In this document: in pieces, positions 61,324 to 64,000 of the stretch
Layout: each line of letters starts with the position of its first letter
How positions within the stretch are numbered: position 1 is the stretch's first letter
From: Leucoraja ocellata
Taxonomy: Eukaryota
NCBI GenBank assembly: GCA_036785375.1
Contig: JAWMAR010000081.1
Location: 8,184,001-8,248,000, forward strand
DNA: 64,000 bases
Reading direction: 5' to 3'
The notes under the pieces: model-generated
Told to the model about the DNA's origin: nothing
The model's input: only the letters and a program-made list of their open reading frames with translations
Database searches by the model: none
Program-made: the position numbers and the translations under genes

Positions 61324-61950
61324 AAAGACACAAAGTGCTGGAATGACTCAGGTGGTCAGTCAACATCCCTAGAGAACATGGATAGGCGACGCTTCAGGTC
61401 GGGACCATTCTTCAAACCGATTGAATCCAGACCCAAATTGTCACCTGTCCATGTCCTCCAGGGATGCTGCCTGCCTCCCACCTTGTGTCCTTCTTTGTAA
61501 ACCTGCATCTGCAGTTCCTCGTTTCAATATCCATATCAGTAAGTTCCTCCAATCCCATGTTTGGCTGAAGAAGGGTCTCGACCCAAAACGTCATCCATTC
61601 CTTCTCTCCAGAGATGCTGCCTGTAAAGGTTTCTGTCGGAGGCAAGGTTCTGTTGTGACTAGCACAAGAAGACACGTCCACCACCGAATTAGAGTTAAAG
61701 AGCATCTTTATTCCGCAATCACTGCTTTTTATAATTAAAGGTCACCTGGCCTCAGTCTTGAGGCCCAGGCATGAGTTTCCACTTTAGATTACACAATCTA
61801 ATTACTTGGCCTCCATCACGAAGCTCAGGCACGAGTTTCACAAGCTTCTACTTTAGATTACACATATATTTATATTACATATATCACATTTCGTGCCCAG
61901 ACATCACACTGCCTGTCCCGCTGAGTTACTCCAGGTTTTTGTGTCTACCT
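61324..61950. mobile_element. Cluster of Penelope-like hammerhead-motif repeats, one split by a solo LTR
   Basis: ctgaagaagggtctcgacccaaaacgtc at 61,565. The consensus resumes as gcctgtcccgctgagttactccag at 61,911 after the insertion. Confidence 0.65.
61622..61908 (-). mobile_element. Solo LTR (287 bp)
   Basis: TGT...ACA termini and a 5-bp TSD CTGCC (61,617-21 / 61,909-13). On the minus strand, TATAAAA (61,733-27) is followed by AATAAA (61,712-07). Confidence 0.7.
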
Positions 61951-62296
61951 CCATGTTGTCTAATCTGTTCACCAAATACCAGTGTGGAGCCATAGCAAAT
62001 GCTTTAGAAGAATCCAAATACATCACATTGACTGGTCACCCCTTAACTATTCTACAGCCCATATCCTCAAAAAACTTCAGCAGATTAGTCAAAATGATTT
62101 TCTTTTTCTTAACCCATGTTAATTCTGCTCAATCCTATTATGATTTATGTGGCAAACATTTGATCCATTAATAATACATTAATTCAAGCATATGTATTCA
62201 ACAAATATGACTCTCCCTTGCATTAAAATGTCCCTAGAGAAACTTCAGAATAGAACATTCATATAGTTAAAATACAACAGACAACAGTAAACTTAC

Positions 62297-62345
62297 AGTA
62301 AACTGAAGCCATTAAAATAATCCATTGCGATGTCCTGCACCCCAT
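62297..62345 (-). CDS. Candidate first coding exon (signal-peptide-like) MGCRTSQWIILMASVY
   Basis: ATC-ATG-G is a strong Kozak context. There are 16 codons + 1 nt, then a consensus GTAAGT donor. The peptide has a basic n-region and a hydrophobic WIILMASVY core, sits in non-repetitive sequence, and its phase matches the giant exon. Confidence 0.55.
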
Positions 62346-62600
62346 GATGAGACAGAGATACGTCAGACTCTGAATCCTTTCACTATCTGAATGTCCAGTG
62401 CATTGCGCTCTATTTGAAAAGCCTTCAGAAACGTTTTGTTGATGTTCTTTAATTACTTATGTTGGGAAGGAGGTGACGGAAATGTAATCTTTGGGCAAAG
62501 GAGCTCAACCAGTTTTCAGCTTTGTCAAGGTAAAGGATTAACTGGAAATATTTCCTCATTTAAATATGTGGTTACGTGCTCTGCTCAATAAAATTTGCTT
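62346..62600 (-). promoter_or_regulatory. Putative 5'UTR/proximal promoter of the mucin-like gene
   Basis: Unique-sequence island upstream of the candidate ATG. It contains an ETS-like ACGGAAAT (62,476), an HNF4/DR1-like TGGGCAAAGG (62,492), a palindromic GGAAATATTTCC (62,544-62,555) and AT-rich TATA-like words. These are motif matches by eye only. Confidence 0.3.
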
Positions 62601-62699
62601 TTAGTTTTTTTTTCCCTGAGACAGTTAATGCACAGGTGGGGAACTGAATATTCATTGCAAAACATATCTTGGCCTCTCTAAATCTTGGCCTCAATAAAA

Positions 62700-63156
62700 T
62701 TGGCTTCTGAAAATTGTCCCTAGTGTGTGGGAAGTGGGAAAGTAGGAAAGCACAGAACTAGTGTGAACAGGTGATCGATGATCTGCATGGACTTGGTGGG
62801 CTGAAGGGCCTGTTTTCATGCTGCTTCTTAGTCTAGTTTTTAATTTAGTTTAGAGATACAATGCGGAAACAGGCTCTTCGGCCAACCGAGTCCGCGCCGA
62901 CCAGCGATCCCTGCACACTAACACTATCCTACACAGACTAGGGACAATTTACAATTACAATGGGCCAAATAACACTAGGGACGATTCACAGAAGCCAATT
63001 AACCTACAAACCTGAACATCTTTGGAGTGTGGAAGGTAACCAGAGATCCTGGAGAAAACCCATGCAATTCACGGGAAAACGTACAAATTCAGAACAGACA
63101 GTACCGGTACTCAGGACCGAAATCGGATGTAGGGCAGCAATTCTACCGCTGCGCCA
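62700..63156. mobile_element. Tail-to-tail V-SINE pair (plus 3' half 62,700-62,830; minus copy 62,845-63,156)
   Basis: aaattgtccctagtgtg...gggctgaagggcctgttt, followed by the reverse-complement SINE with an internal small duplication. Confidence 0.8.
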
Positions 63157-63469
63157 ATGTGCTAACCCCAAAATTCTCTAAAATATATTTTTAAGTTTTC
63201 TTTTAAATATCCATTGGATAAAAAATCAAAGTACAGCTGTATCAGTCAAAGTGCACCGAGTTATCAGTACAATATATTGAAATAAATCTAGCTGATGTAC
63301 GGATAGAAATCGTGTGAGGCAGCCCGCCATTCTCGGCCTAGCTTACCATGCACCTCCACACTTACTGGGCCACACATGGAAATCCAATGCAATCCAGCAG
63401 TCAGATACCACCTCATGCTCGAGATAGAGCTGGATATACTTCCTTTTGAAAAGGAAGCATGTCATGAAG

Positions 63470-63560
63470 CTGGAAAAAACGCAGAGAAAATTTACGAGGA
63501 TGTTGCCAGGACTTGAGGGCCTTCGCTATAGGGGGAGGTTGGGCAGGCTAGGACTTTCTT
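63470..63560 (+). mobile_element. CR1 ORF2 fragment
   Basis: cagagaaaatttacgaggatgttgccaggacttgag encodes QRKFTRMLPGLE. Confidence 0.75.
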
Positions 63561-63656
63561 CATCGGAGTCAAGAATCAACAGCCAAGAGTGTTTTACTGT
63601 CATAGGTCCCGATACAGAATAATGAAATTTTTACTTGCGGCAGCACAACAGATATG

Positions 63657-63785
63657 AGGAAGGGTGTCAATCCGAAACGTCACCGATTCCTTCACTCCCG
63701 AGATGCTGCCTGATTTACCGCAGATTTACTCCAGCTTTTTGTGTCTATCTTCAGTTTAAACCAGCATCTGCACTTCCTTCCTAAT
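63657..63785 (+). mobile_element. Short Penelope-like/hammerhead-motif element with 8-bp target-site duplication
   Basis: Flanked by CAGATATG at 63,649-56 and 63,786-93. Contains gaagggtgtcaatccgaaacgtcac. Confidence 0.65.
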
Positions 63786-64000
63786 CAGATATGTAAACAT
63801 ACTATTCTGTAAAACCCATAATGAACATCAATATAGAAAAACAGACAATAATAATGTAAAAATAATGTCCACAAGGCGATACAGTTCAGAGCCTATTTGG
63901 AGGTTGCTGTGTTTAATAGCCTGATGGTTATAGGGAAGAAGCTGTTCATGAACCTGGACATTACAGTTTTCAGGCTCCTATACCTTCTAACCAATGGCAA

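Larger units (their letters stand above)
47902..62296 (-). other. Putative intron 1 (~14.4 kb, transposon-rich)
   Basis: GTAAGT donor at 62,296 and AG acceptor at 47,902 have compatible phase 1. Small intervening exons cannot be excluded. Confidence 0.5.

Noticed and set aside
49803-63156. tRNA genes
   Set aside because: The A/B-box heads continue into SINE core and tail sequence, so they are SINEs and not tRNAs.

Overview
Eukaryotic (vertebrate) genomic DNA, probably from a cartilaginous fish (skate/ray-like), judged from HE1/V-SINE-type tRNA SINEs and CR1/HER1-type LINEs. Bases 1-47,901 are one minus-strand reading frame that appears uninterrupted (>=15,966 codons) and runs off the left edge. 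The ORF track misses it because it has no stop in the window. It encodes a Thr/Ser/Glu-rich mucin-type domain built from 9-aa (27-bp) units and starts at a phase-1 splice acceptor, so it looks like a single giant coding exon of at least 47.9 kb. Read 5'->3' on the minus strand it has four zones: a short unique N-sequon-rich head, an STTTPAETT-type zone (47.6-38.9 kb), a degenerate Pro-poor SQTTAGETT/M zone (38.9-23.8 kb), and about 14 near-identical 1,728-bp higher-order repeats with a 3,456-bp A/B super-period and one in-frame 333-bp deletion. A candidate signal-peptide first exon (MGCRTSQWIILMASVY, phase 1) lies at 62,345-62,297. The intervening ~14.4-kb intron is full of CR1 LINEs, V-SINEs, a solo LTR and short elements carrying a Penelope-type minimal hammerhead-ribozyme motif. 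The Val-rich and Cys-rich plus-strand ORFs are antisense shadows of the mucin frame.
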